From NCBI GenBank assembly GCA_964276515.1, contig OZ193909.1, forward strand, positions 16,678,001-16,742,000: 64,000 nt of DNA, in the 5' to 3' direction. The DNA comes from Gordius albopunctatus (lineage: Eukaryota). The notes under the pieces were generated by a model. It saw only the letters and a list, made by a program, of their open reading frames with translations, made no database searches and had not been told where the DNA came from. Position 1 is the stretch's first letter, and each line of letters begins with the position of its first letter. This document shows, piece after piece, positions 25,201-34,250 of this stretch. The position numbers and the translations under genes are program-made.

Positions 25201-28200
25201 AATTAGAATTAGAGGGGGGGGCAGTCGGGCCCCCCTGAGACGCCCTGGCTATGCCCATGATTGATAATATCATAAGGATTCAAAATTTTACTTTTAACTT
25301 TAAGGTAAAAATGGTATCACAATTGCAATTTTGCATTATAAACCAGTAAGACAAGACATGAGAGGAGAGATTACTAAAATAACGATAAAAATGGAAAAAT
25401 AGAAATACAACTTACTGAGACCCATTATTTTGACGTTCCAAGGCTTTAGCTCGCTTTTCCTAAAGTCTCCCAGGCAACTAGCGTTGAGCCATCCGGCCGG
25501 CGCATTAATTTCGACCCAAGTGCTGTAAATAGCGGTGGCGTTGTCCAGTTCAAAATGCAGACGGGCATCTAGGGAAGTTTCTTTAATGGTGTCGTTGTCA
25601 ACCTTTTCAATCGTATACATTCGGACACCTTGTAGGCCATCATAGCTCTTCAACGTTAATTTATAACCGATAATAGGACCTCTGATTATGGCTAAATCAT
25701 CCAGGGACCTCCAGGTCAAACTAAGTTTCGTACCGTCGGGACTCATGTTACGTATCGCCAAATGGCTGCCGCCATTAAGGGGTAAAGAACGCAAAGGTTT
25801 ATCGGGTGCAGTACATATGGGGTCAGACCCGGGGTTAGAAGGCCCGTAGTAAAGACCGTTAAAAGGCTCGACCGTGAGGTGGTAAGGGCTAAAAGGTTTT
25901 AAATCCGAGATTCGAACGGTAGTTAAAGGAATTCTACCCCCACGACTTATATTATGGGTGGAGGGGTGTGGCCCGAATATCGTGTTTACAGCGCCAGCGC
26001 CCGATGACAAATTTTCGTAGTTGTGGCTTTTAGTTTTTAATATTGAGTTTGTTATACCGTCCCATATCGCTTGCGTACCCACTTTGTTGCCGTTGTTGGA
26101 AGGAGCGAGAGGGGTTACGTTTAACCTGTACAGCGGAGTTGGTAAGTCATATTCATCAAATGGACTAAACTTTCTAAATTTTCGATTTAACGCGTCAAGT
26201 TTTTTGTGCGACAATGCCAATTTAACAACATTTTGCGGCTGGATGAATTATATTTATACTTGTATATTTACCCAATTTTAAGCCATAAACTAGGCAAAAA
26301 CAAAACATTATTTAAAAATTTTGACAAGGCGAGATTCGTGTGATTTCCATATTAAGCAATTAATAAATGAACGCATGTATATCAAATCAGTTGTGATTGT
26401 GAAAACACATTTATTATTGTCCGAGAAAATGCCATATTTAATGTTATATTAAAAACACTTCACTTAAATTATTATCACAACAAAAAATTTGCTAAGTATT
26501 TTATTCGAATCGCTAAGTATTTTATTCATTTGCTAAGTATTTAATTCCTTTGCTAAGTATTTAAATTAATTCTCAGTATTAAAATCAAATGCTAAGTATT
26601 TAATTCATTTGCTAAGTATTTTATTTTTTTGCTAAATATTTTATTTTTTTGCTAAGTATTTTATTTTTTTGCTATGTATTTAACTAAATTTTGCTAAGTA
26701 TTTAATTAATTGCTATGTATTTAAATAAATTATGCTAAGTAATAAAATAAATTGCTAAGTATTTAAATGAATTATGCTAGGTAATAAAATAGATTGCTAA
26801 GTATTAAAATATATTATGCTAAGTAATTAAGATCATAATAATTTAAGTGAAGTGTTTTTAATATAACATTAAATATGGCATTTTCTCGGACAATAATAAA
26901 TGTGTTTTCACAATCACAACTGATTTGATATACATGCGTTCATTTATTAATTGCTTAATATGGAAATCACACGAATCTCGCCTTATAAATCAGATGATGA
27001 GGAAGAAGCAGGAAGCTCAGGGCTTGAAATTCATCCCAGGCAACCATATAGATCAATTAAATGGTTAAAGAAAGCTTCTTTTGACAATGAATCTGAAGCT
27101 AAAAGGGCTCTCAAAGGCGAAAAAGTATGGAGCTTCTGGTACCGAAATAAAACCGAGGAAGGCACCAAAGTTTATTACAGGTAATGTAATTTAAAGTGGC
27201 ATATATAAATATACTTAGATGTAATCAAGTAAAGTTTCGTGGAGTGCAATGCGAAGCACGATGTTATATGCTTTATGAATCAACGTCAGACAGGGTTATT
27301 GTATATGATGCTGATTCCATGCACACCCATGATTCAATTCCCTCAATTTTGAATAAAATTGAAGATTCGGTCAAAACTGAAGTACGTCGTATGTTTGAAT
27401 TGGGTCTAAAACCAAAAGGAATATTAGACAACATAAATAAAATGAACCTGCCCTCACCTTCGTTGCCTCAATTAAGAAACTTTTTGACAACACTTAGGAA
27501 AAGAAAGTACGGAGCCTCAACCATCAGTCTTGGGGAACTTGAATTATGGTTGAGTGAAAATTCATCATTACCTGAGGAAGAGGACACTCCCTACATTGTT
27601 GCTTATGAAGCATCTTATGAAGATGGAAGATTTAAATTTTTTATTTCAACCAAAAGGTAAAAAATAAGTGATGTTTGTTTCTATAAATTTCTTAGGCTCC
27701 TATCAAACTCACACCTTTCAGAAGTTTTACATGCTGATGCTACGTACAAAATTATGTGGCAAGGTTTTCCACTTTTACTTGTAGGTACCTCAGATTTAGA
27801 CAGAAAATTTCATCCCTTGGGAGTTTGTGTTAGTACTAATGAAGCAGAAGAAGACTTCTACTTTATGTTTCAAAGCTTAAAAGATGAAATCCTGAAAATA
27901 ACTAATAAACTTCCTGCTTTTGAAGTTCTTGTCACTGATGCAGCCAGTGCAATTCATAGGGCATTTAAAGCTGTTTTTGGGGATAAAATGGTGGTGGTAT
28001 GTTGGGCTCATATAAGAAGAAACATAGCAAAAAAAGTATTTAACTTATAATTTTTATATATTTATTGGGAAAATAGGTATTGTTAGTTGATAAGCACTAT
28101 CAAGATCACCTAACTGAAGACATTGACAAGCTTCAGCTATGCCAAAATGAAAATGTGTTTGTGAAAGCAACAAAACTGTTCCTTTTAAAATGGGACTCTA

Positions 28201-31200
28201 AAATACCCACATTCATTGCCTATTTCAAAAATGAATGGATAAACAAAAACAACTCATGGTTTATTGGCTATAGAGATAAAACACCATCAACTAACAATTG
28301 TTTAGAATCTACTAATAGAACAATTAAAGACTTTTATACTTTAAGGGAAAGAATCCCTCTGGCACGTTTCAAAATTGTTGCCATGGATATGGTTAAGAAA
28401 TGGTCTTTACGTTACCAGTTGCAACAAACCACTGTGGCTTCTTCACCAACAATAACTACAAGGCTTTGGACGGAGAGCTACCAATGGGCCAAGCTCAACA
28501 AAAGCGCAACAATGATTAACAATAGAAATGAAAGAGTTTATGTTGTGCCTTCCAAAATAAGCTCAACCACAAATCAAGATATAAGCATTAATATAGTTAA
28601 CTGGGCCTCTTTCGAGGATTTTAAAATGCAAAATTTTAAGTCTTGGTCCATTATCCTCCCCCAAGAAGATAATATGTGGCAAAAGGGTCAATGTAATTGC
28701 CCATCATACTTTCGAAATTACATGTGCAAGCATATTATAGGACTTGCCATTACATTAAAACTATGTAAACCTCCTTTAGAGGCTAAAAATGTTGCTATAG
28801 GCCAAAAAAGAAAAAGAGGTAGGCCTTCTAAGGCTAAAAAAGCTTTAATAATTCAATAATTATATATATTATTCTCGTTTTTATAATTTTGTTTTATATT
28901 TAATAAAAGTTATCAATTATCCTTTTAGCCAGTTTGATTATACTATATAAGGGGTATTTCTTCACAAATATATAGTCATATTTTTTATTGAGGCCACTAC
29001 AAATAAAATTAAAAAGTTCAATAATTTATTATTGTTATAGACACTTACCTTTAAATTGTCAAAACTTTTGGTATCAACAAATAATACTTAGCATTTAAAA
29101 ATAAAAAAAATAATAGGAAACCAAGCATTTTAAAGAACTTACTTTTTATTATCAAAATACTCAGCACAAAATTCTGTAAAAAAATACTTAGCATTTTAAT
29201 AAAAAACTTAGCACTTTAAAATAAAATACTTAGCATTTAAAATAAAATACTTAGCATTTAAAATAAAAAACTTAGCATTTTTAAATAAAAAACTTAGCAT
29301 TTTCTTTAAAATACTTAGCATTTAGATTATAATACTTAGCATTTAGATTAAAATACTTAGCATAAAATACTTAGCGTTTTGTAATTATTTACTTAGCATT
29401 TTAATTAAATACTTAGCATAAAATACTTAGCGTTTTGTAATTATTTACTTAGCAGTTAAATAACACCCAATGTTTATATATATAAACATTATAAAACACT
29501 TGCCTGTAACCGAGAAGGGGCCCGTTTAGAGATAGTGGCGATGGGGGTCTCCAGGATATGATTATAAAATCGTGGCCAATTCGGTCCATTTTCATATCGA
29601 ACACACTTTCACTGGGTCCTATTTCAATAAATTAATTAAAATCATAAACAATTTTATACTCTTTAAAACGAGCCTTGCTCAATAAAATCTATCCAACATT
29701 TTAAAGGACCGCTTTTTGTTAGAACGGCCACAACTGAAAAATTAGCGGTCCAAATAGGCTAAAACTTCCAGAAATTACCGATATATATTAATAATTGCTA
29801 CAATCTCACCAAATTTCATAAAAATTTGAAGGAATCGGGCGAAATAGATGTTTTTATGATAGACATATGTAATGCCCTCATATATTTATGTATTTATTGA
29901 CAACGTTATCTAGCGGGTAAACGAAGTAAAACAAAAAATCTGATTTTATGCCCCTTAACACAATAACACCTCGCTTCGTCCACGGGTTTCTAAGAAATGC
30001 ACTTCCGACATATAAAAAAATGAGTAAAATAAACTGACAACATAATTGCTCACTCGACCCCAACACTATTAACGAAGACCGACGCATTTTAGAATAAAAC
30101 GTTCCTAAGCCAAACTTGAAATTCGCCAGCACTCCAGAGTCATGCCTATAGAGCGTCGCTAAGACTAAGTATTTTGCTATTTCTAATGAAAAATCGAATA
30201 ATTTTCAAAAAGGTGAAAATGAAGGACGCTGACTCTCTGAGGCGGTAACTATAGGATCAGAGGCCGGGCTAGGGTCACTTTGGCCAATCCCATTAGTGGC
30301 TAGGATTCGAAATGCGTACCGAGTGTAAGGCTTGAGACCGGCCACTTCAGCCCTAGTGAGATTTACCCCAAACAACGTGGCAACCCATTTTTCCGATAAT
30401 TTACCTTCCCTAACACACACAAATTTTTGGTTAAATAGCATTGCAAATTAGGTTAAAAATAATGTTCTTCCGTAACTATTGGTAGTATATTCCTAGAAAA
30501 TGTTTGGAGCTTTGTTTGAAAATAAAACAAATATCAAATTTCTAACGTCAAAAGCATAAAAAATTATTATAATCGTAACCATTAAGGATTAGAGGGGACC
30601 TAAAGGGCACTTAAAGGGCGAGAGAGAAAAAAAATTAATGGTTTTTACAAATTTTATCCTATTTGCATTAAAAAGATTTTTTCTTTTATCGATTTAAAAG
30701 GGCTCTTGGCACCCCCTGGCCTGGCTATGTCGTTGTTTGAATTACACGCTAAAAAGGGATTTTAATCAATAGTTATTAAAGTTAGGACCATTGGAGGGGG
30801 GACGTCTGTGGGCAATATCAAAAATGAGCTAAATATTGTGAAATTGTGAGGTAAAACTCATATAAAAAGTGAAAATCTTTTTTAAATTTCAGTAAAATCA
30901 CCAATTATAATGTAACTTATTTTGTCATAGGAATTTAAAAATATATAGAACGTAGCATCGAAATCAGAACGACGATAAAAATGTTCTAGGTCAATACTTT
31001 TACAATTTATTAGTATTACGATAGAGTTTATGAAAAAACAAATTTTAAACCGATTTTTCAGTAAATGTTTTAAGCCAGCCAACGGTCATTAAATAGTCTA
31101 TATGGGAAAGCCAAATGAAAGTTTTTACAGAAGCATAAGTCCAAAGCCATGTAAACCCATATAAGGTTTCACGGCAATTATTATTAAAAAATTATGAGTT

Positions 31201-34200
31201 GGATTGCATAGAAATTGATAAGACTTCCATTTGAAATCCTAATTCCTTTTTTAGGGAAAATCATTTAAAAACTTGTATATTAAGCTTATAGGAAGGAATC
31301 TTAAACCCGATTTCGCAGCGAGAAAAAGTAAGGAATCATACAAGTCGAAGCATAGCTACATTTCACCGCGATTTGCCCGATGTAAAAAATTATGTAATTT
31401 TTAATTTTATTAAATATAATAATAGCTTCATTTTATTAAATGAGATTACTCTATATTTAAATAAAATAGAAAATGATGCGATTCAAGCTAAATCGCGCTT
31501 CAAAAAACCACCCAAGCCGCCTATTATATTTCATTTAAACACATTCGAGTATCTTTCCTATGCCATCATATTAACTGCAAAATTACTTGAGAATTATTAT
31601 ACATAAAAAGACGGTAAAACCTTTAATTTCACGTACAAAAAGAGCTATATTTTTGTCCCCAAGAAGGTGGATCAACAACTCATATTCCCAAAGGTAAAAG
31701 TCAATTGAGGCTGGAAGGTAAAGTTGACAACAAAGGAATTTGTGAGTTATTTATTGAAAGGATGAGTGAGACACTTTGAGGAAAACATTCAGTAAGTAAA
31801 TAATTGTCTTTCGAACGACAGGATGCAAAAGTTGTATATATATATGTAAAATTTATCTCGACATTTACGCACGCGAGTAGAGCTGCAAATGTGTGGTTTT
31901 TCGTGTAATTAAATAGGTAGCGCGTAACTGGGGCATCGTTTAACTTTCTTATTAAGGGAATTTTTGGGAAACTCGAATGAAATTTAACCTTTAACAATTC
32001 ATTGGTGGTGGGACAAAAATATTTTTGTAACGCATTTAAAAGGTAAAAAATATGGTCAAATTTTTGATAATTACAACAACTTCAATTTTAGCTTGGTAGA
32101 AAACTTGGTTTTTATGATATCTTAATTAGTTGCCCTCATTGGGGCAGGGCCCCCACCCATGATTTTAAATTTATATAATTTTTATATTACGTATATTTAA
32201 TGAAAATAAATATTTGTCGGAATCTTACTTTTGTCACTTCAAACTTTTTTGGGGGGGGGGAACATTTTTATCCAAAAAATAGTTACAAAAAATATATCTT
32301 TGAAATTTTATGGGGCCTCCCTGATGAGAAAATCCTAGTTACGTCTATGGTTTCACTTAAAAGTCAGACAATGTGACATGTTTAATAAACATTAAAAGGT
32401 GGCCTAATTTAGAGCACCCGTCGCCTAGATAAAATGTGTAAAAAAATTGAAGCCACTATTGAATTTTTTATAAAAATTTCAAATGATTAATAAATTTATT
32501 AATTAAATTAAGTATTTAAAGCATTTATTTTTACAAAAAAGTTGCACTTCCTAATACTCCCAAATATTATAAAAGCTAATTATTAAATATATTATTTAAT
32601 AATATTAATAGATTATAATAAAATTATACATGGGTGAAATACTGAGATAACTTAATTTAAATCAAAGGAACTTACCCCCCTTAAATTAGATTAAATAAGC
32701 CTGACCATTTAAAATTAAATAATTCTAAATTTACGTTTTTAGGTTAGGAAAGGTATAAACACCTTTTCTATGTGATTTAATTATTATAAATAAAGTTTTA
32801 TTATAGCACAACAATAAAGCTATTAGCATACACATACTTTGAGATTCAAATTAAATAAAAAATTTATAAATTATTTTAGTCATGTGTTTATCCAACAACC
32901 TTATATAAAATTGCATTACTTATATTCTATCTGGAAGGTTAAGGCATCCGGGCCTTGTGTATCTGTTAAAGCATCGGCAGTAGTCCAAAATATTTTTGCA
33001 GACCTCGAGGTTACAGATTCCACTTTGGGTACTGATGGAGTTGATGGTTTATCTTTATTTAAATGTAAAAAAATTCATTATATTTTTTATTTTGTTATAT
33101 AAACAGACAGATGTTTTACAAAATTTAACCAAAATTTTTGGCCCTTTGATCTTTTGATAAGATATAAAAAGTAATGTTCATATGGTAAAATAATTATTTA
33201 AATAAAGGGTAAACTCTAAAATAATATTAAATAAGTGAAACAACTTTTTATTATTATATAATGTTTCTTATACCCAAAATATAATGAAATATTTATTGCC
33301 TTTATGTTAGGAAATTTACAATCAAAGGTCAATTAAGTTTATAAACAAATTGTGCTTCAAAATTACTGAATATAATAATATTTAAATTATCAACAAATTT
33401 TAATAACATTAAGTTAAAAATATTAAGAAAAATTGATAAATAAGGTCATTGGTAAATATATATAAAATTATAAACTAACATAAAAGACATGAAGACAAAT
33501 TAAATAAACAATTCTTTAAATTATTATGGTGAGATTAATACATCTTGATTTTTAAATGATGCTTTCTACAATTAGGACAACATAGAGTAAAATTTATTAA
33601 ATAAAGGAAAATATAAAAATATTACAGAAAACTACTTTGAATGTTTAAGCCTTAAATAAAATTCAGCCTAAAATAAGTTAATAATATTAAATAACTAGTC
33701 ATATTGCTGTATGACTATATTAACACTATTTTATAATAAAATTATAAGCTAGATTGAGAAAAACTTTATCTCAAAATCCCAATTATAAATTATATAAAAA
33801 TGAGATATATTATAGTATTTTATAATGAGTTAACATACCTAATACCATTAGTTGTATATTGGATATAGATATTTTGTTTTCCTGATCAATTATACATTTG
33901 TAGAACCCTGAATCATTTTTTGTGATATTCTGTATAACAAGATCTTTGCCTTGTATAATAAGAGTCCTTGGCTGAAACTTTGAATTAAGGTTTATTATTG
34001 ATTGATTGTTTAAATAGGCAATAGGCTTCCTGTTTTTGTACCATTTGATTAAATTAAATGAGCTCAAATCTGCACTACTATTGCATGTTAAATTATGATC
34101 TTGTCCCGATTGCACAAAATACGAAGCTAAACGAGATCATAAGCATTAAACAATAAAATGTTTACCAATTTTATCAGATATCGCTGCTGAATCAGAGAGT

Positions 34201-34250
34201 GTTAACAAATTTACCAAGAAGCAAATCACTCGCATATCAAAAAAGCACAT
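1085..34250 (-). CDS. Ptp99A: Receptor-type protein tyrosine phosphatase, Ptp99A-like (signal peptide, Ig, 4xFN3, TM, PTP D1, pseudo-PTP D2); 25 coding exons, ~1975 aa
   Basis: Phase-consistent join (minus): 34250-34166, 34126-33839, 33052-32920, 30409-30234, 29618-29504, 26173-25416, 23661-23566, 16931-16615, 15240-15111, 14505-14328, 13615-13382, 12945-12608, 12090-11982, 11498-11284, 10615-10482, 8215-7786, 7158-7023, 6646-6465, 5928-5729, 4912-4142, 3775-3638, 3335-3186, 2800-2532, 1726-1588, 1291-1085 = 5928 nt. D1 motifs: [50 protein letters not shown]2 reads VVIDKFGG...YNTKRP, as in the Ptp99A/PTPRG group. The exon 5/6 junction is the least certain. Confidence 0.88.
1588..1726 (-). CDS. 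Ptp99A: PTP exon 24: D2
   Basis: [32 protein letters not shown]. Confidence 0.88.
1808..2133 (-). mobile_element. 3' fragment of the same CRE-like family (uninterrupted copy), in PTP intron 23
   Basis: Near-identical to 36035-36249 + 37757-37878; poly(A) tail seen as T-run at 1808-1817. Confidence 0.85.
2532..2800 (-). CDS. Ptp99A: PTP exon 23: D2
   Basis: EDYQLLTK...SPVVVIDK (Asp at the catalytic Cys position). Confidence 0.85.
2910..3009. mobile_element. Small hAT-type MITE (TAGTGTxGTAAAA family)
   Basis: TIRs; 8-bp TSD CTTCGTGC/CTTCGTAC; relatives at 13694-13864, 14946-15087 and a solo end at ~23530-23545. Confidence 0.7.
3186..3335 (-). CDS. Ptp99A: PTP exon 22: D2
   Basis: AYLPFWP...FSLESDD; phase 0-0. 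Confidence 0.85.
3638..3775 (-). CDS. Ptp99A: PTP exon 21: D2
   Basis: [28 protein letters not shown]. Confidence 0.9.
4142..4912 (-). CDS. Ptp99A: PTP exon 20: Q-loop, long D1-D2 linker, D2 start
   Basis: [10 protein letters not shown] ... [22 protein letters not shown]. Confidence 0.88.
5729..5928 (-). CDS. Ptp99A: PTP exon 19: D1 catalytic P-loop
   Basis: [26 protein letters not shown]. Confidence 0.95.
6465..6646 (-). CDS. Ptp99A: PTP exon 18: D1 insert
   Basis: Needed to restore phase between exon 17 (ends phase 2) and exon 19 (starts phase 1); open frame with AG/GT. Confidence 0.7.
7023..7158 (-). CDS. Ptp99A: PTP exon 17: D1 WPD loop
   Basis: [13 protein letters not shown]. Confidence 0.93.
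7438..7635 (-). mobile_element. tRNA-derived SINE with an RTE-derived 3' tail
   Basis: A-box-like TAGGGAGTTGG, B-box GGTTCAATCCC; 3' AGCTGACCAC..TGTGACAAACAGCTAT shared with the RTE end at 47255-47290. Confidence 0.75.
7786..8215 (-). CDS. Ptp99A: PTP exon 16: D1 with Ser/Gln-rich insert
   Basis: [15 protein letters not shown], then ~105 aa low-complexity insert. Confidence 0.85.
8995..10476 (-). mobile_element. Helentron-associated (HINE/DINE-1-like) non-autonomous element
   Basis: 18-bp sub-terminal inverted repeats at 9008-9025 / 10452-10469; small hairpin TAGCA-n4-TGCTA and T-run at the 3' end; internal repeated CATTGGTCA units; same 5' end at 45585-45610. Confidence 0.6.
9473..9816 (+). 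mobile_element. Tc1/mariner-pogo-type MITE
   Basis: TA|CAGTC...GACTG|TA; imperfect 21-bp TIR; second copy at 17755-18079. Confidence 0.85.
10482..10615 (-). CDS. Ptp99A: PTP exon 15: D1
   Basis: [25 protein letters not shown]. Confidence 0.93.
11028..11186. repeat. G/C-run MITE family (CGTAGCCA...CTACGCCCATG)
   Basis: Similar ends and AGAGGGGG/CCCC runs recur at ~25089-25259, ~30570-30735, ~32140-32350 and ~60590-60630. Confidence 0.5.
11284..11498 (-). CDS. Ptp99A: PTP exon 14: D1 (KNRY, DYINAN)
   Basis: [27 protein letters not shown]. Confidence 0.92.
11982..12090 (-). CDS. Ptp99A: PTP exon 13: wedge region
   Basis: [20 protein letters not shown], typical pre-D1 wedge. Confidence 0.85.
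12608..12945 (-). CDS. Ptp99A: PTP exon 12: basic juxtamembrane region
   Basis: Open, GC-richer frame RCKQKCHSS...MIENS; phase 2-1. Confidence 0.75.
13382..13615 (-). CDS. Ptp99A: PTP exon 11: juxtamembrane
   Basis: Open frame, AG/GT, phase 2-2. Confidence 0.75.
13694..13864. mobile_element. MITE, TAGTGT..GTAAAAACG family
   Basis: TAGTGTTTTGTAAAAACGG ... CGTTTTTACAACACTA inverted termini. Confidence 0.7.
13898..13914. repeat. (AG)n microsatellite
   Basis: About 8 AG units. Confidence 0.9.
14328..14505 (-). CDS. Ptp99A: PTP exon 10: transmembrane helix
   Basis: [24 protein letters not shown] followed by KRYY; GTAAGT donor. Confidence 0.88.
14946..15087. mobile_element. MITE, same family, degenerate
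   Basis: TAGTGTTGAAAAAACG ... CGTTTTGACACTA. Confidence 0.55.
15111..15240 (-). CDS. Ptp99A: PTP exon 9: FN3-4 end
   Basis: [19 protein letters not shown]; phases match neighbours. Confidence 0.8.
15824..16037 (+). mobile_element. Possible solo LTR
   Basis: TGTGAAGGGT ... ACCTTTCACA termini (TG..CA), internal TATATA and AATAAA; no clear TSD. Confidence 0.4.
16615..16931 (-). CDS. Ptp99A: PTP exon 8: FN3-4 start
   Basis: [31 protein letters not shown] donor. Confidence 0.88.
17755..18079 (-). mobile_element. Tc1/mariner-pogo-type MITE (inverted copy of 9473-9816)
   Basis: TA TSD, CAGTC termini, full-length reverse-complement similarity. Confidence 0.85.
19875..20145 (+). pseudogene. Possible FLYWCH-type zinc-finger remnant of a MULE
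   Basis: [10 protein letters not shown]...HAHEPP (C-x4-C-x16-H-x-H). Confidence 0.35.
20765..22055 (+). mobile_element. 5'-truncated RTE LINE (RT and C-terminus) in PTP intron 7
   Basis: Collinear with the 38.7-kb element from KGKGD onward; YADD; in-frame TAA at 20873; 4-nt GATG duplication at ~21990 shifts the C-terminus; GATAAAGAAGAAGA tail. Confidence 0.92.
22618..22930. repeat. Tandem duplication, 2 x ~155 bp
   Basis: ACTAATACT..TAATGTTGACATGAT..GTACTTAGTCCTAT repeated at 22618 and 22771. Confidence 0.85.
23083..23284. mobile_element. hAT-type MITE, 202 bp
   Basis: ~35-bp TIR TAGAGTTGTTA(T/A)ATTGCTAACTTTCTTCAA; perfect 8-bp TSD GTATTAGG. Confidence 0.9.
23566..23661 (-). CDS. Ptp99A: PTP exon 7: FN3-3 end
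   Basis: [22 protein letters not shown]; phase 1-1. Confidence 0.88.
24042..24787 (+). mobile_element. Non-autonomous hAT-like element (short copy)
   Basis: TIR CAGAGGTCAGATT / AATCTGGTCTCTG; 8-bp ATATATAT on both flanks; GCCCG repeats. Confidence 0.85.
25416..26173 (-). CDS. Ptp99A: PTP exon 6: FN3-2 end and FN3-3 start
   Basis: [40 protein letters not shown] donor at 25415; acceptor may instead give an exon start at 26238. Confidence 0.8.
26326..26984. repeat. Perfect 150-bp inverted repeat (26326-26475 / 26835-26984) with a 359-bp spacer
   Basis: Base-by-base reverse-complement identity; the right arm includes the transposase ATG (26960). Confidence 0.95.
26960..28859 (+). CDS. MULE (Mutator-like) DDE transposase, intact, 4 exons, 593 aa, antisense in PTP intron 5
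   Basis: Join 26960-27180, 27219-27656, 27696-28035, 28077-28859. Motifs: N-terminal C..C..HTH finger, HADATYK (D1), VTDAASAI (D2), CWAH (CxxH), TNNCLES (E), SWIM CNCP..CKH, AT-hook KRKRGRP. Confidence 0.9.
29504..29618 (-). CDS. Ptp99A: PTP exon 5: FN3-2 start
   Basis: RPSESV...[21 protein letters not shown]; probable GC donor AG|GCAAGT. Confidence 0.8.
30234..30409 (-). CDS. Ptp99A: PTP exon 4: FN3-1 C-terminal half
   Basis: [24 protein letters not shown]. Confidence 0.9.
32920..33052 (-). CDS. Ptp99A: PTP exon 3: FN3-1 N-terminal half
   Basis: [23 protein letters not shown]...FQIEY; AG/GT; not in the ORF track. Confidence 0.85.
33839..34126 (-). CDS. Ptp99A: PTP exon 2: Ig domain
   Basis: [25 protein letters not shown]; phase 1-1, AG/GT bounded. 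Confidence 0.88.
34166..34250 (-). CDS. Ptp99A: PTP exon 1: start and signal peptide
   Basis: [28 protein letters not shown], hydrophobic leader; GT donor at 34165; upstream acceptor at ~34367 implies a 5'UTR part. Confidence 0.75.

Larger units (their letters stand above)
26326..29468 (+). mobile_element. MULE element with foldback-type repetitive TIR arrays; left terminus rearranged
   Basis: About 17 copies of ~20-bp units with core TGCTAAGTA at 26489-26826, and the reverse-complement array (TACTTAGCA) at ~29082-29454. The right end is ...TAACACCC (29468); no matching GGGTGTTA is present on the left. Confidence 0.85.

Noticed and set aside
26489..26826. Regularly spaced TGCTAAGTA repeats resembling a CRISPR array
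   Set aside because: The repeat core is ~10 bp with ~10-bp AT-rich, mutually similar spacers, is mirrored at 29082-29454, has no cas genes, and lies in eukaryotic DNA. It is a transposon TIR array.
30882..31370. Possible AP-endonuclease relic (YRR..IIIGDF)
   Set aside because: Only one short motif in a heavily decayed AT-rich stretch; too weak to annotate.
32839..33102. Plus-strand ORFs over PTP exons (also 11313-11591, 26021-26281, 2662-2895, 1191-1382)
   Set aside because: Antisense shadows of minus-strand exons.
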